Assembly: GCF_001194135.2 (NCBI RefSeq)
Contig: NC_068983.1
Location: 1,929,583 to 1,993,582 of the forward strand
Direction of reading: 5' to 3'
Length of the DNA stretch: 64,000 bases
Origin: Octopus bimaculoides
Taxonomy: Eukaryota
Position numbers and translations under genes: made by a program
Notes under the pieces: model-generated
The model's input: only the letters and a program-made list of their open reading frames with translations
Database searches by the model: none
What the model was told of the DNA's origin: nothing
In this document: positions 38,757-52,198 of the stretch, in pieces
Numbering within the stretch: the first letter of the stretch is position 1
Layout: every line of letters starts with the position of its first letter

Positions 38757-39958
38757 GTATGTATATATATATATNNNNNNNNNNNNNNNNNNNNNNNNNN
38801 NNNNNNNNNNNNNNNNNNNNNNNNNNNNNNNNNNNNNNNNNNNNNNNNNNNNNNNNNNNNNNNNNNNNNNNNNNNNNNNNNNNNNNNNNNNNNNNNNNNN
38901 NNNNNNNNNNNNNNNNNNNNNNNNNNNNNNNNNNNNNNNNNNNNNNNNNNNNNNNNNNNNNNNNNNNNNNNNNNNNNNNNNNNNNNNNNNNNNNTATATA
39001 TATATATATATGTCGTTGAAAGCTCGAAATAGGGAGTAATTAGCAGCCGACAATTGCGAAGGTGGTTAGACTTCTGTCGCTATTTTGTCCCGTTACTTCT
39101 CTTTAATTATGTGTTTATGTATTGTTCATTCGTTGGTGATGTCCTGAATTTTACGTATTATGTGTATATATATATATATATGCACATGGGATGGGCTTTT
39201 GTTTTAGTTTCCACTCACAAGGCTTTGGTCGGCCGATTGCTGTGGTAGAAGACACTTGCCAAACGTTCCACGCAGACAGACTGAACCCGGAACCATGTGG
39301 TTGGGAAGCAAACTACTTACCACACAGTCACGCCTGCGCCTATACATCAAAACGCAATGAAAATTTTATTCAAAATAGTCTTTACTTGCTTTAGTGTTTC
39401 TTTAGATATATGGTACTGAAACAATGAATAAAAGATGAATCTATCACGAGTTCTACGTATCTGAGTCTCTAACGTTTCTTAACACACATTCACATCACGA
39501 GTGTTGATTATATTCTGATATGTATATAAAATCAGTTTGTAAATAATTTAAAATATATAATCATTATAACGTTTCTTTCGTGATACCCTATTTCAAACTT
39601 TTGATAAATTACGAAAGTGAAACTCAGTGTTACGGTACAAGAATTCTCCGCAATAAATAATGAAAATTATTCATAAACAAATCAGTATGTAATTATTTGT
39701 CGATGACTGATTGATTCTGAAGAAATATTAGAAACAATGGCCCTCATTCATTTAGTCATATTTCTAATAAAACATGATCTACAATTTATGAGTATGTGCA
39801 TGCGGGTGTATATGTATGTATATATATAAATATGTACATGCATATGCACATATCTTTGAATAGATATACAAAGATATGTCTGCGTGTGCTTATGTCTGTG
39901 TGCGTACGTGTGTGGTTGCGTGTATGAGTGCGCGTATGTATGTGTGTGTGTGTGAGAG

Positions 39959-39989
<31 letters not shown>

Positions 39990-40399
39990 GAGACAGACAG
40001 ACAAATAGACAGAGGGTATGTGTGTATAACTATAAATTCATANNNNNNNNNNNNNNNNNNNNNNNNNNNNNNNNNNNNNNNNNNNNNNNNNNNNNNNNNN
40101 NNNNNNNNNNNNNNNNNNNNNNNNNNNNNNNNNNNNNNNNNNNNNNNNNNNATGAGTGCGCGTATGTATGTGTGTGTGTGTGAGAGAGAGAGAGAAAGAG
40201 AGACAGACAGAGACAGACAGACAGACAAATAGACAGAGGGTATGTGTGTATAACTATAAATTCATATATAGATAGAAACTCGAATATTCTATATTCTGAA
40301 TTTGACATTTGCACATATAGTAACGGAATCACGATATCGCATCAAAAGAAACTTTAAAAAAAAAATCAAAACATATCGAGTAGATTTTGGCTGGGAGAT

Positions 40400-40950
40400 T
40401 AGTTTATGCAAAAATGTAGCCGCCCTCGGCTTCCACTACAGACTCAAAATGGCCCTGGAACCTCCTGGCGCATTTATTCCTCACTATCCTTGAGATGATC
40501 TTGGTTTTAGCCACTGGCTTGATGTTGCAGGCTTAGCTGTCGGTCCTTTCTCAACCGTGGCCCACACAATCGAGGCAATTAGGAGACCAGATACTGAGGC
40601 TGGTGAAGTTGTAGAAATTTCCCGACAACCAATTCTGACAGTATCAGCAGAAGGAATGGCAAGGAGCCGAACCCTGCGGCCTCTTAGCAGCAACCTTCTA
40701 CGGTTAGTAATTGATCATAGTCTCCAGCAGGTTTACCTAGCCGTCTGAATTAAGCTTGGAGCGCTTTTCAAAGATGTGGGGATTATCTCCGACGTTGCGG
40801 ACGCAGTCAGAACGCCTGCTGTGTCCCTTCCTGTTGGCCTTCCTCGTCGCTGTTACAGCTGTCCCTGTCATCCTTTACACTGTTCACAGAACAATCAGCA
40901 AGTCATTTTGTTGACATTTATTATGGCTGTTCTTCAAAAAAGAGGAAACA
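40400..40950 (-). mobile_element. Tc1/mariner-superfamily transposase remnant (maT/DD37D-like)
   Basis: Minus strand gives NPHIFEKRSKLNSDG, QGSAPCH (40676-40656; QDSAPxH motif), QNWLSGNFYNF, WSPNCLDC (WPPNSPDxNP motif), VWATVEK and ESVVEAEGGY. Confidence 0.75.
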
Positions 40951-42110
40951 TGCAAAAATCGTCATATTTAGTTCGAACACTGTATACGCATTAAAACATC
41001 TCCCTACACACACACACCTATATATGTATATATATATATTAACTCTTCGAAACGCCAGTGTTATAATGGTGGCAACTGATGAAGGAAATGTTCTCTATGT
41101 GGCCTGCGTGTTTTCTGTACCATGTTTATCATTTTGTCCATGTTTTTTGCAACGTCATGTACCCAGATATGCACCTATATATACATGTAGATGAAGATAT
41201 GTACATACATGTACATATATATGCATATACTCATATATTATTTGTGTGTGTGTGTGTACACACACACACACACACACACACTGTGTGTATGAAGGTAGGC
41301 TAATTGACAGTGTGTGAGCCCGACTTCTGCAATGGGTTGTAATTTGTGACATTGAGCAAAGTACTCCACTCTCTTTGCTCATGTCTTTTCCACTGAAAAT
41401 GAGAATCAGCATAATACTGCTACATCGATCTTTCCACAACGCCGATAGTTTCGTGATTCGGTTAACTTCAGGTTGGGAAGACCGACACACTGCCTACATC
41501 TACCTGCGACTAAATTGGCAGCGGAATCTTTTAGTGAAATTACTGCATATTTTACCAAGTTTTACTGGCTTACAAATGTCGGCGACGGCTTATCGAGACG
41601 TGTGTGTGTGTTAGAGAGAGAGAGGGGCGAGGGAGATAGAAAGAGAGAGAGAAAAGAGAGAATGTGTGAGTAGTGAAACGATATGCTTAGTTCTTCATGA
41701 AAGAACGGGATGAAAGAGAGAGCTCCTGACGAAATGTATTCATTGGTGTCTAATCGACTTAATTTAATTAGTTCGAGAAAATGAATTAATGAAGAAAGAG
41801 AAAAGATACTATTTTCATAGTTCTTGTAAAATGTAACAAAAAAGACTCAGAAAATTGTAATCGTTTAAAAATGAAATGGATGCATGTAGTGGTGTGTACG
41901 ATTACTGTACATTTAGTATAGTCAGAGGGATGATTCGTTCCTATAACTCTTCACCAGCGAAGCTTTGTCACATTAATAAATTGCAGAAATTTAGAATCAA
42001 TGTCTAAGTCTTTCAGAATTCAGTGAAATCTTTTTCACTGATTAAAATATTTCCAAATATGGCGTGTGAACATTTTCCAAGAACGCCTCAGTACGTGCTG
42101 AATATATATT

Positions 42111-42339
42111 CTTTTATTCTTTTACTTGTTTCAGTCATTTAACTACGGTCATGCTGGAGCACCACCTTTAGTCGAGCAAATCGACCGCAAGACATTTTTC
42201 TTTTGCAAGACTAGTACTTATTCTATCGGTCCCTTTTGCCGAACCGCTAAGTTACGGGGGCGTAAACACACTAGCATCGCTTGTCAAGCAACGGTGGAGG
42301 TAGAAACATGGAGACAGACAGACAGACACATACACACAC

Positions 42340-42378
<39 letters not shown>

Positions 42379-42541
42379 GATGGGCTTCTTTCAGTTACCA
42401 TCTACCAAATCCACTCACAAGGCTTTGGTGGTCGGCCCGAATCTATAGAAGATACTCGCCCAAGGTGCCACGCAGTAGGATTGAACCGGGAACCATGTTG
42501 TTGGTTAGCAAGATACTTATCACGCAGCCACTCCTGTGCCT
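42111..42541 (-). mobile_element. SINE family B, full-length reference copy
   Basis: Minus strand: head AGGCACAGGAGTGGCTGCGTGATAAG...CCCGGTTCAATCC, CORE-like GGCACCTTGGGCGAGTATCTTC, internal (TA)/(TG) tract, tail GGTGCTCCAGCATGACCGTAGTTAAATGACTGAAACAAGTAAAAGAATAAAAG. Confidence 0.88.
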
Positions 42542-43683
42542 ATATAGTTAATTCTGCTACAGTGCACCACATGCATTTTTCGAATCAAAAGATTTGATCA
42601 ACCAAAATTTACGTCCGTTCTTTATTTTCAACTGAGTGTGTAAATTCAGGGATATTGGTTTGCGATTTCTTGTAATCTCTCTATTACATGGAAACTTTCT
42701 TTAAAATATGTCATTGGTGTATCAGAAATGGTTGATTGCGTTGGACCGTTTCATTCGGAGCATGTCAACGCAATAGTGTTGCCGATAAAATGTCAGCTAG
42801 TCTATTTGTAACTGATGTCTTGAAATAATGTCTAAGATTGGTGCAGGTGCAAACGCTGAATAAATAGTCAGATAAATCGGTGTTCTTTGTGAAGCATTTT
42901 TTTATTGTCCTGAAAAGCGATGCTGGAAAATTGTTGGTTGATTATATTTGAATGATTTAAATGAATACGAAAAGTGTCCAATAGCATTTCAGATCCTCAT
43001 AAGCTGGTAATATTGATATGGTTGATGTTCAGTTTAACTGTAGTAAATAAGAGAAAATAATAGGAAAGGAAAACCCCAAAAGCAGAGAGGCGTTGTTTCA
43101 CAAGAGAAGTTTTAGGATGAATTGTTTGGTACAATGTATGTGAAGTGAAATCCTGCGAGGAAAGAGCGTTGTGTATAGTTAAATCTGGAAAACACTCATT
43201 ATTTCAGTAGCAATAGAGAGAGAGACAGACAGAAAGCTTTCAGGAACCACTTGTTGAATCTTGATTGATTTCGATTAAATCTTTTTTTTTCTTCCGTATT
43301 TGTTCTCGTGTTTATGAATGCAGCAGCCAGTATAGTCCTAAATTTACTGACAGTGTAACAGAATAGTACTTATATGAACTGTCAGACATGTGATCTATTT
43401 GCTGATTAGACAACTGAATGTCTCACGAGGTGCGTTTTATTATCAAAGCATTGAAAATTAACTGTTCAAACATAAAATTTCCAATTCTGGAGTGAAAAGT
43501 TGCATTGCGAAATGTTTTAGGAGAGTGAAACATTTCTGTAATAGAACAGTTTCAACACTATCCTATTTCCAGATAGAATAGATACGTAGCAGTTTTAATG
43601 TCGCAATTTGAACCTAAATTCTTTTTTTTCAATTAAACGGTTTTAACAACCAACGAAACAATATCTTACAAATTGAGTGATAA

Positions 43684-43830
43684 TGACGTCATGACCAAAT
43701 GTAACCATTGATGTGTAACCAGTTCATATCGACCACACCCAAAGTTGTTGATTGGAAATCAGTTAAGCTTTCATTAAACTAAACCCGATTTATAAAACAG
43801 AAGCGAACAACAGGAAGACGAACAGTGCTG
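43684..43830 (+). promoter_or_regulatory. Candidate Pol II promoter (CRE, CACCC, inverted CCAAT, TATA)
   Basis: TGACGTCA 43684-43691, CCACACCC 43733-43740, ATTGG 43751-43755 and TATAAAA 43791-43797, in canonical order and spacing within non-repetitive sequence; motif evidence only. Confidence 0.35.
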
Positions 43831-46084
43831 GACAGTGCTGCACAGATAGTGATGCAATCGTGGATTGCTTTCAACAACCTGACTGGTCAACAATTTCGCA
43901 AAATATAATGGTCAAACAGATACTAATTCAAAACCAACCATGCACCTCTCTCTCTCACTCTCTTCTACTTTCTCTCGTCCTCTTACTTTTTCTTTCTCTT
44001 TCTATTTTATTTTCTCTCTCTACCTACCTATCTGTCGATCTATCATTTTACCTATAGCTATCTATCTGCCATCTACACAGAATCACACAAGCAGCTCAAC
44101 TAAATTATCATGAGAACATTCTGCTATAGAATTAGGCCACGACATTAAACTCGTCATTCCGACTCCATTCAGCATTTGTGTTCTATTCAACTACTACCAA
44201 TAATAAAACAGAAGAACTTAAGACGACAAACTTCTATTATTTTGCATTTAACCCTGATGTCGAGTGTCATTCATATTGTCAGCCGATGAAATATAATTTT
44301 ATCAATGCATTCGGCCAAACAAATGTTGCTGCCTTTAATATTCCCGTCAGAGTTGACCACCAGGTCTAGCGCACATGTACATTTAGAATGTGAATATTTC
44401 ATGTTAAAGATGTATGTTGAATAGTATTTGTGTGGTAACACAGTATCTAAATAATAGAATGTTTGTAAAAGCTCAGTGATAGGGGAGAAATATTTCTTGT
44501 CTTAGGATTAATATGAATCAATAGTTACAGAATAATATTTAAATTGTGTCCATTTCAGAAATAATAACACGTACAACTTAGCGTATTCACATTCACTGTA
44601 GATATTTCACAACGAATTAATGTAGAAGGTTTGAAAATTTTATACAATTTTCTCGCAAAATAAAATTATAAATTGAACTGCATCTATTCGCCATTAAATG
44701 CAGGAGGGAAAGCAATTGTTTACAATTTAGCGGAACGATGTGCCTTGCAACGGGTTGCGAAGACACTTATTGTAGGATACATGTTATCTTATATACGAAG
44801 AAATGTGTGTACTGTAACCTTTCACTGTGAATATGTATGTGGTGAAGAAGTAACTTATCAACCATATTTAAATCTATTTAGAATGTGAACCATACCCAGT
44901 GAAAACTTTTCAATACTGTTCATTTTCCTTATCTATTGCATATGATTCCAGAAAGATTTGTGTCGAATCAATGAAAGTGTATTATTAGAGCAAAAGTGAA
45001 TAGGTACCAAGATAGAGTGACAAATTGCGCATCTGTGCACTAACTGAGCGCGTACAGATACTCACGTACTTAGTAATGTAAGTTCGGATTTGTCCTTCAC
45101 GTTGTGTATACATTCACAAGTATGGATCAATTACACAGGAGTATAATCCGGCACGTATTCCACGGTCCGCTATAAGCTCAAGGTCCAACGCAGGAAAATT
45201 TCTGAATGTGGCAAAGTATAAACTATAGCACAGATCGGCTGAAGTTCACTACAGTTGTTTCAGACGTGTGTTTTATTAATGAACAAAACAATTACATAGT
45301 GTAAAGGAACCGTTTTCTTCAGGTAAATTAAGAGTAAAATTAGGCTTCTGGAATTTTTCATACAAATAGTATAGAATGCATAATAACTCTCTCATCTCGG
45401 TTCCAGCAGAGAAAATGAATAGGGAACGTTATTTTGATGTTGAATATACATGGTAGTAAATTTATCAACACGTTCAAGGAATTGAAATAGAGGAAAAAAC
45501 AAAAAAGAGAAATAGGATGGGGAAAAAATAAAAAAGAAGAAAAGGTAAAGAGAAAAAAAACTCATCCCACTTCAAAATGTTAAAGGATTTCTCTCGGGCC
45601 TAAGAGACAAGAGGACAAAATAGCTCGCCAACACCTGCACGTTATCAAGATAAACACAAGAATAAACAACTAGGAATAAAATTAAAATGAGATGATGTAA
45701 AAAAAAAAATCACCTCAAAATAAGAGTAGATGGGGCGCCAAGGAAGGGGCCATAAATAGAAAGCTTGTATATAAGCGGAGCATGCAGCACACACAGACTC
45801 GAAAACACACGCACGCAAACACACACATGCATACATATATATATATATATATATATGTATACTATATTGATATGGCGATAAACATTAATTCTCAGCAGAG
45901 TAACTACTTTTGTCTCTTAGAGATTTTCGAGCTATAAATATATATATGCATATGTGTATATATATACATGTGTGTGTGTATATATATGCATACAAGCACA
46001 CATACAAACAGTCAGGCAGACATATACACACACACACACAATATGTATATAATGTGGTCTGGAGATTGATATAAGCAACGACGT

Positions 46085-46730
46085 TTTGTTTCACGTACAG
46101 ATGGTGGCCATGTGCAAGCAAAAGGCCGGATGAACTCTGAGGACCTTCAAAACAAGGGACCAGGGAACAATGCAGGTCCTATAGAGCACAATTCTACTCA
46201 GTTGTCTGGGCTAGTGTTCTTAACTGTGGTCACCCTATTGTGTCAAATTAGTAGTGGAACTTGAGTCAGTTCAGCGGTGCTACCCCAAGACGATTGCGTC
46301 AATAGGACACCTGACCTATTGGGAAATACTGAAATAGCTCCGGCTCTACACCGCCGGAGCGAAGACGGAGGAAGTATGGGTGATATGGGTGTTGGAGATC
46401 CTAGACAAGCTGGCACCAAGCCTTGGTATCGAAAGTTATACTAACCCCGAATCGGACGTCACTGATCTCTTCCATAAACCCCAAGACCTTGCCAAATGAG
46501 CTGCGGGATCTTCAAGGAGTAGGGGTAGATGTTTTCAAGAGACACATTGGTCTCACTCCGAACCTATATCACGGCAAAAGCCTCAAAAGAGGACAGCAGA
46601 AATATCAAAATCCCTCCTTCGTCGAAAGACAATTATATATGAATGGCCACTGAAAAGGTGATGGCAAGGAAGGTGCTCCAGGATGGCCACAATCTCAGGA
46701 CTTCAACACATAAAGGCATAAGAGAATTAA
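46085..46730 (+). mobile_element. CR1-clade LINE 3' end
   Basis: Frameshifted text CKQKAG..LRTFKTRD, WSP, LEAxQR-like, YWEILK, TLPNELRDLQGVGVDVFKRH; the 3' end GGTGCTCCAGGATGGCCACA resembles the SINE B tail. Confidence 0.75.
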
Positions 46731-48113
46731 AGAATATATGTATGTATTTGTATGTGGATATGCATATATATATATATATGTGTGTGTGTGTGTTTATATG
46801 TATACATATATGCGTATCTAACTGCAGATGTATATATGCATATATATGTATTATATACATGCACAACATATATATGTGTTCTGTGTGTATTTAATGGGAG
46901 CGAAAAGAGAGGGAACTGTAAATCTGACTAGAGAGAGAGAGACGTGTAATCAGTGTATCCGAATTTATTTATGTTTAACAGCTTTGTACAACTTCGCTCT
47001 GGGGAAAACTAATTTGCCATATACTCCAGCTCCTTGAAAACAGTGTCCAAACTTGGAATTACCGATATTTCTTATTAATTGATTTTAGTCAATGATCATT
47101 CGATCCAGCTTTACAATGAAAGGAAAACAGCTTAAGGCCACATAAAAAAGGCTTCACATATTACACCTGGCTCAGCCAAAGTTCATTATGGCGTTCTTTG
47201 GATAAACAATTTATATATATTATGAATAGAAAGTCACTGCAGAACTAGATACGTGTATGTGTGCTTGTGTCTGTTCACACACACACACACACACACACAT
47301 ATATTATACATACATATACACATTTTTAACTCATACACGCAGACGCAATCACTCCGAAAACGCAGATGCATACACGTTCAATTTACATATGTATATACGC
47401 TGGCGCTAGTATAGTCGTTTGCTTTCATTTGTTTATCATATTTAAAGATTTTCACCGTTCTATTAAATTATGGCACTTTTAACAAATGAACTATGCCGCA
47501 GCGTCTACATCTCTGCTTCAGAACAGAACATCGTGAAGAAGTTTAATAAGCTGGCTTCCAAACACTACAAAGGTCATCAGCCCTTGTGAGAAAATGAGTT
47601 TCTTTACAAATATGTTCACATGCAATGGGAAGAGTAATGACAGAAAGGATTAAAAAAAAAATAATTTGTAATGGAATTTCAATCAATTGACCGTATCAAT
47701 TTGAAAAGAAACCTCTCTTTCTCTGTATTCCCTTTTATCTATCTCGCTCTATTTATCTATATTATATTATATTATATTATATATATATATATATATATNN
47801 NNNNNNNNNNNNNNNNNNNNNNNNNNNNNNNNNNNNNNNNNNNNNNNNNNNNNNNNNNNNNNNNNNNNNNNNNNNNNNNNNNNNNNNNNNNNNNNNNNNN
47901 NNNNNNNNNNNNNNNNNNNNNNNNNNNNNNNNNNNNNNNNNNNNNNNNNNNNNNNNNNNNNNNNNNNNNNNNNNNNNNNNNNNNNNNNNNNNNNNNNNNN
48001 NNNNNNNNNNNNNNNNNNNNNNNNNNNNNNNNNNNNNNNNNNNNNNNNNNNNNNNNNNNNNNNNNNNNNNNNNNNNNNNNNNNNNNNNNNNNNNNNNNNN
48101 NNNNNNNNNNNNN

Positions 48114-48153
<40 letters not shown>

Positions 48154-48169
48154 TACAAGTATATATCTA

Positions 48170-48380
48170 TGTGCGCGTGTCTTTGTGCCTGTGCTTGTCA
48201 CCCATCACCGTTTGGCAACCGGTGCTGGTGTGTTTTCGGTCCCGTACCTCATCTGTTCAAAAGATAAGTACTAGGCCTAAAAGATAATTCCTGGGATCGA
48301 TTTGTTCGACTAAAACCCTTCGAGGTGATGCTCCAGCATGGCTGCAGTCAAATGACTGATACAAGTAAAAGGATAAAAGA
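48170..48380 (+). mobile_element. SINE family B, 3' half, plus strand
   Basis: GGCAACCGGTGCTGGTGTGTTT...GGGATCGATTTGTTCGACTAAAACCCTTCGAGGTGATGCTCCAGCATGGCTGCAGTCAAATGACTGATACAAGTAAAAGGATAAAAG. Confidence 0.8.
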
Positions 48381-48715
48381 ATATATGTGTATGTGTGTGC
48401 ATGTGTATGTCCATGCGAATGTGTATGTGTGTGCGAATTTATAAGCGTATAAGTTCACACACAGAGGCACATGCCCACACATACACACACGCACATACAG
48501 ACGGACGGATGGATGGCTATGTTTGTGTGATTGTAACAAGTACAGGGGCATGTATATATGTGTGAATTTTGAAGAATGGCTGCACAGGTGTTTTTACTGT
48601 CTTCGTTCCAGGTCCCTGCATTCCGAGGTAGAGTCATGCCGAGTTTGACTCGTGACATCTCACGTTTTTTGGTTGCAGTACCGGTCATGATCTGCAAATT
48701 ATCGCACACCTATGC

Positions 48716-48779
<64 letters not shown>

Positions 48780-51709
48780 ACATGTATCTATCAATTATAT
48801 ATATTTACAATATTGCATGTTTTGATATTTGGAATATAGCAATGGTGGTCATCCTCATTAAAGTGATTGAGTGTTCAGATCGACCGAAATATTGACTTTA
48901 ATCCGTTACGAAATTTTTCACTCTTTCTTTGTCGAAGCGTTACTTCACGAGATTTGGAATGAAAGTTGGGTGAACTGGAACTTAGAGGTCGGAAAGCGAG
49001 ATTCTTAGTCGAACATTCATAACTATCTATTGATACAAATTTGATAGACATAAAATAAGATTGATTGTTAGCATGTATCGTTCAAGTGTTGTGAAATGTT
49101 GGAGATGGAAGCAACGTGACACTTGTTTTATTTAAATTAATTCATGCTAGGAATCTTATCTAAATTTCCAAATATTAACAAGATTTTCAAGAAATAATCA
49201 ACTTTTGGTAAAGGAGGAAGTTAAAGTTTCATCTGGCAAAAAGCAAGTCGGCGTATGACAATCTGTGAAACCCCTCCAGCACTCATTAAATATCTCTTAA
49301 CACATGTTTGTATTTAACGTTGTCCACTCAATTTAAAGTATTCGGGTTGTTGTTGTTGTCTGATGGTAATTCATTACCACCACCACCCTAACCCTATCAC
49401 CGTCTAGGGCAATTACCTCACTAGTCTATTTTAGCGATTAGAGTAAACAATTAGACGTAGGTGTATTTCACGGAAAGAATAGGATTTAACGGTTCTTATG
49501 TTTACCAAGATGTGCGCGCTATTAGACCGATGACGTAAACCATGCTCCATACGTCACCACGGCCCTGATACCTAAATATACTCAGAAAAACAACGAATCA
49601 TCATTGTATTTCTAACCACTATACAAACGTAACAAATATATGACTACGTATTCTATCTTTTTTTTTTATTTGCTGAAACGGAAATAATAAACAGCATAAC
49701 ATGATAAGATATGTTTATGTGGTTTTACTTCCTGTGAAGTATCAACGTGGATGTAATTATGCACGCTAAAGTGAAGGCAATGGCATTATTTAATGTGTGT
49801 GTGGGTTAGATGTATGTGTGAGTGTGTGCGTGTGTGAACTTTCATGATATAAAATAGATGCGAATAGCAATTTTGTTTCCAATTGTATTTTTGTTTTTGC
49901 ATATGATTTGTTTAATTTTAGTTTAAGGCAATAAATATTTTTCTTTCAGCAATTAGTATTCGTTTCATCATTTTCTATAAGCACCAAGAAATTTAAGAAA
50001 GGCTAAATCATAATTAATAATAAATCTCTGAACGAGGTATAAACAGTAGCTGCACGACAAGCTACAGTAGCATCCACCCTTAGTGGTTAGCCACACTTAA
50101 GTGGCAAATATACTTCACGTTAAATTATAATTATTGTACGTATGCCATATTTCCTGATAGTATCCATATTTCCTGATAATATCCATATTACAAATGTGTG
50201 TTTCTAAAGTTCCGTGTCATATGGCGAGTAATACACTAGTTTATATGGGTATATATAATTACATTACTATTGTCCTATCGCTTCATTACACAATGAAATC
50301 ATAATGCATTTGTGTTCGTTTGAGTTTCTGTCAAGCTTCAATACAAGCTTCAAAAGCTGGTAAGGTTATAGCGAGCTCTGACTGTAGAACTTTAACTCAG
50401 CCTCTGTACTGGCTTCATACAACACCATAAAGGCTTTCAATGGATTTTGTGTTTTACGGAAAATAAAAAAAATTGCCTCTGCTTTCAGTTTATAATTAAT
50501 TATTTTTTCAGTTTTTTTTGTGATTTGCAATATTTGTTGTCATAATTATAACACATACACACATACATACATGCTGATATGAATATATATGTATACATAT
50601 ATACATTTATGCGTGTAATGCATGTACACACACATATGCGTATATATATAAATGTATATACATATATACATGCATATATTGTGTGTGGAGTGTTAGGTGT
50701 GGTGTACTGAAATTCAATATTGAGAAGAAAAATCGTCAGAATTTTTGAAAAATCTATCTGTCAGTCTGACTACCTATTTATCTATCTAACTATCTGCCGA
50801 CCTATGTTTCTATCTATCTGTCTCTATTGTCATGGAACCTCACCCCCACCAAAACAAAATGTGTTCTCTTCTTCTAAACAAAACCCCCAAACCAAAAGAC
50901 ATGTTTTCTATAAAAGAACAAGCTGTTTGTACATTCACAAAATTTTATTTGACAAGTTCGAGAAAGAACGAACGCGTTAATAATAATGAAGAAATAAAAA
51001 AGATTTTTTTTCCTAAATTCTGACGGCCTCTCTCTCTCNNNNNNNNNNNNNNNNNNNNNNNNNNNNNNNNNNNNNNNNNNNNNNNNNNNNNNNNNNNNNN
51101 NNNNNNNNNNNNNNNNNNNNNNNNNNNNNNNNNNNNNNNNNNNNNNNNNNNNNNNNNNNNNNNNNNNNNNNNNNNNNNNNNNNNNNNNNNNNNNNNNNNN
51201 NNNNNNNNNNNNNNNNNNNNNNNNNNNNNNNNNNNNNNNNNNNNNNNNNNNNNNNNNNNATATATATATATATATATATAGTAATATTTGGGGATGGTGA
51301 TTTCTTTTTGTGCTTGCCAAATAGACACACGCATTATATATTCGTTGTTCACTAGTTTATTACTTTTCTTTTGACATTAGGAATCTTGCGACACAGATTC
51401 ATAAGCATGTATATATACGTGTGTGTGTGTGTGTGTGTGATATCTTGGTCCTCTCCATCTCAAACTCTAACCTACAGTCTAGAAAAAGTATATATAAATA
51501 TGCTAATCCCGCCAATTTTCCAATCGCAACTTACCTGCATATCTTTTGTGCGTACAGTTGAAACTCGGAGTAGCGAGGGCCTGACTGATGTTATAGATGT
51601 AAATATAGATGCGTTATTGTTATAGACATATATTGTGATGGAGTTATATAACCATCATATGTTTATATATTATCACATTAATATATTTTCTTCGTTTGTT
51701 TAATTTCAG

Positions 51710-51778
51710 GTGATTCAACGACTTCCAATTTCTCTCACAAGAAACCTTCTACGGATATAAAGTCACTACAACACAATG
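51710..51778 (+). other. Candidate 69 bp internal exon of the GPCR gene
   Basis: Strong acceptor TTTTCTTCGTTTGTTTAATTTCAG|G and donor AATG|GTTAAG; open only in phase 1 (DSTTSNFSHKKPSTDIKSLQHN, with an N-F-S sequon). Confidence 0.5.
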
Positions 51779-52198
51779 GTTAAGACAGTGCATCTCTCAA
51801 AAATGTGTTTACAACACCTATTATTCTTATAGAATGTCTAGCGCCGTGTAACTAATATAACACAACGATCGCAATAGAACTATCAAAATTCACTTCATAT
51901 TCCAACTTTTTCTTTTCCTCAAATAATTCACCATCATTGCTGAATTAATAATTTCATCCAATTTCAATATTAAAGATTGCTTGATACATTTGCGATATGG
52001 ATCATATTAGGACGTAATACACACACACACACAAATATATGTAGTGAGATTATATATATACATATGTATATATGCATGCATGCATGTGCAAAATATGTAC
52101 GCACTACATAATAATGCTTTAATTTCATAAAGATAACTTCACGGTAACTGTTGAGAATTTAAACATTGAAATCTGTTGGTAATTCATTGACAAGAAAG

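Noticed and set aside
39924-40266. ~118 bp direct duplication (39924-40042 and 40152-40266)
   Set aside because: The copies sit immediately on either side of an N gap and differ only in microsatellite length, typical of an unmerged contig overlap.
50304-50359. MHLCSFEFLSSFNTSFKS with strong donor G|GTAAGG as first coding exon
   Set aside because: It ends in phase 2, which gives an immediate stop when joined to the 51710 exon; it could still be a non-coding exon end.
38653-51352. ORFs containing X runs or YIYI/CVCV/HTHT/SLSL tracts
   Set aside because: Artefacts of N gaps (19258-19273, 38775-38994, 40043-40151, 47799-48113, 51039-51259) and dinucleotide microsatellites.
52166-52198. ORF-track start of the GPCR at 52166
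   Set aside because: It is a TTG just after an in-frame TAA; there is no reason to assume non-AUG initiation, and the region is probably intronic.
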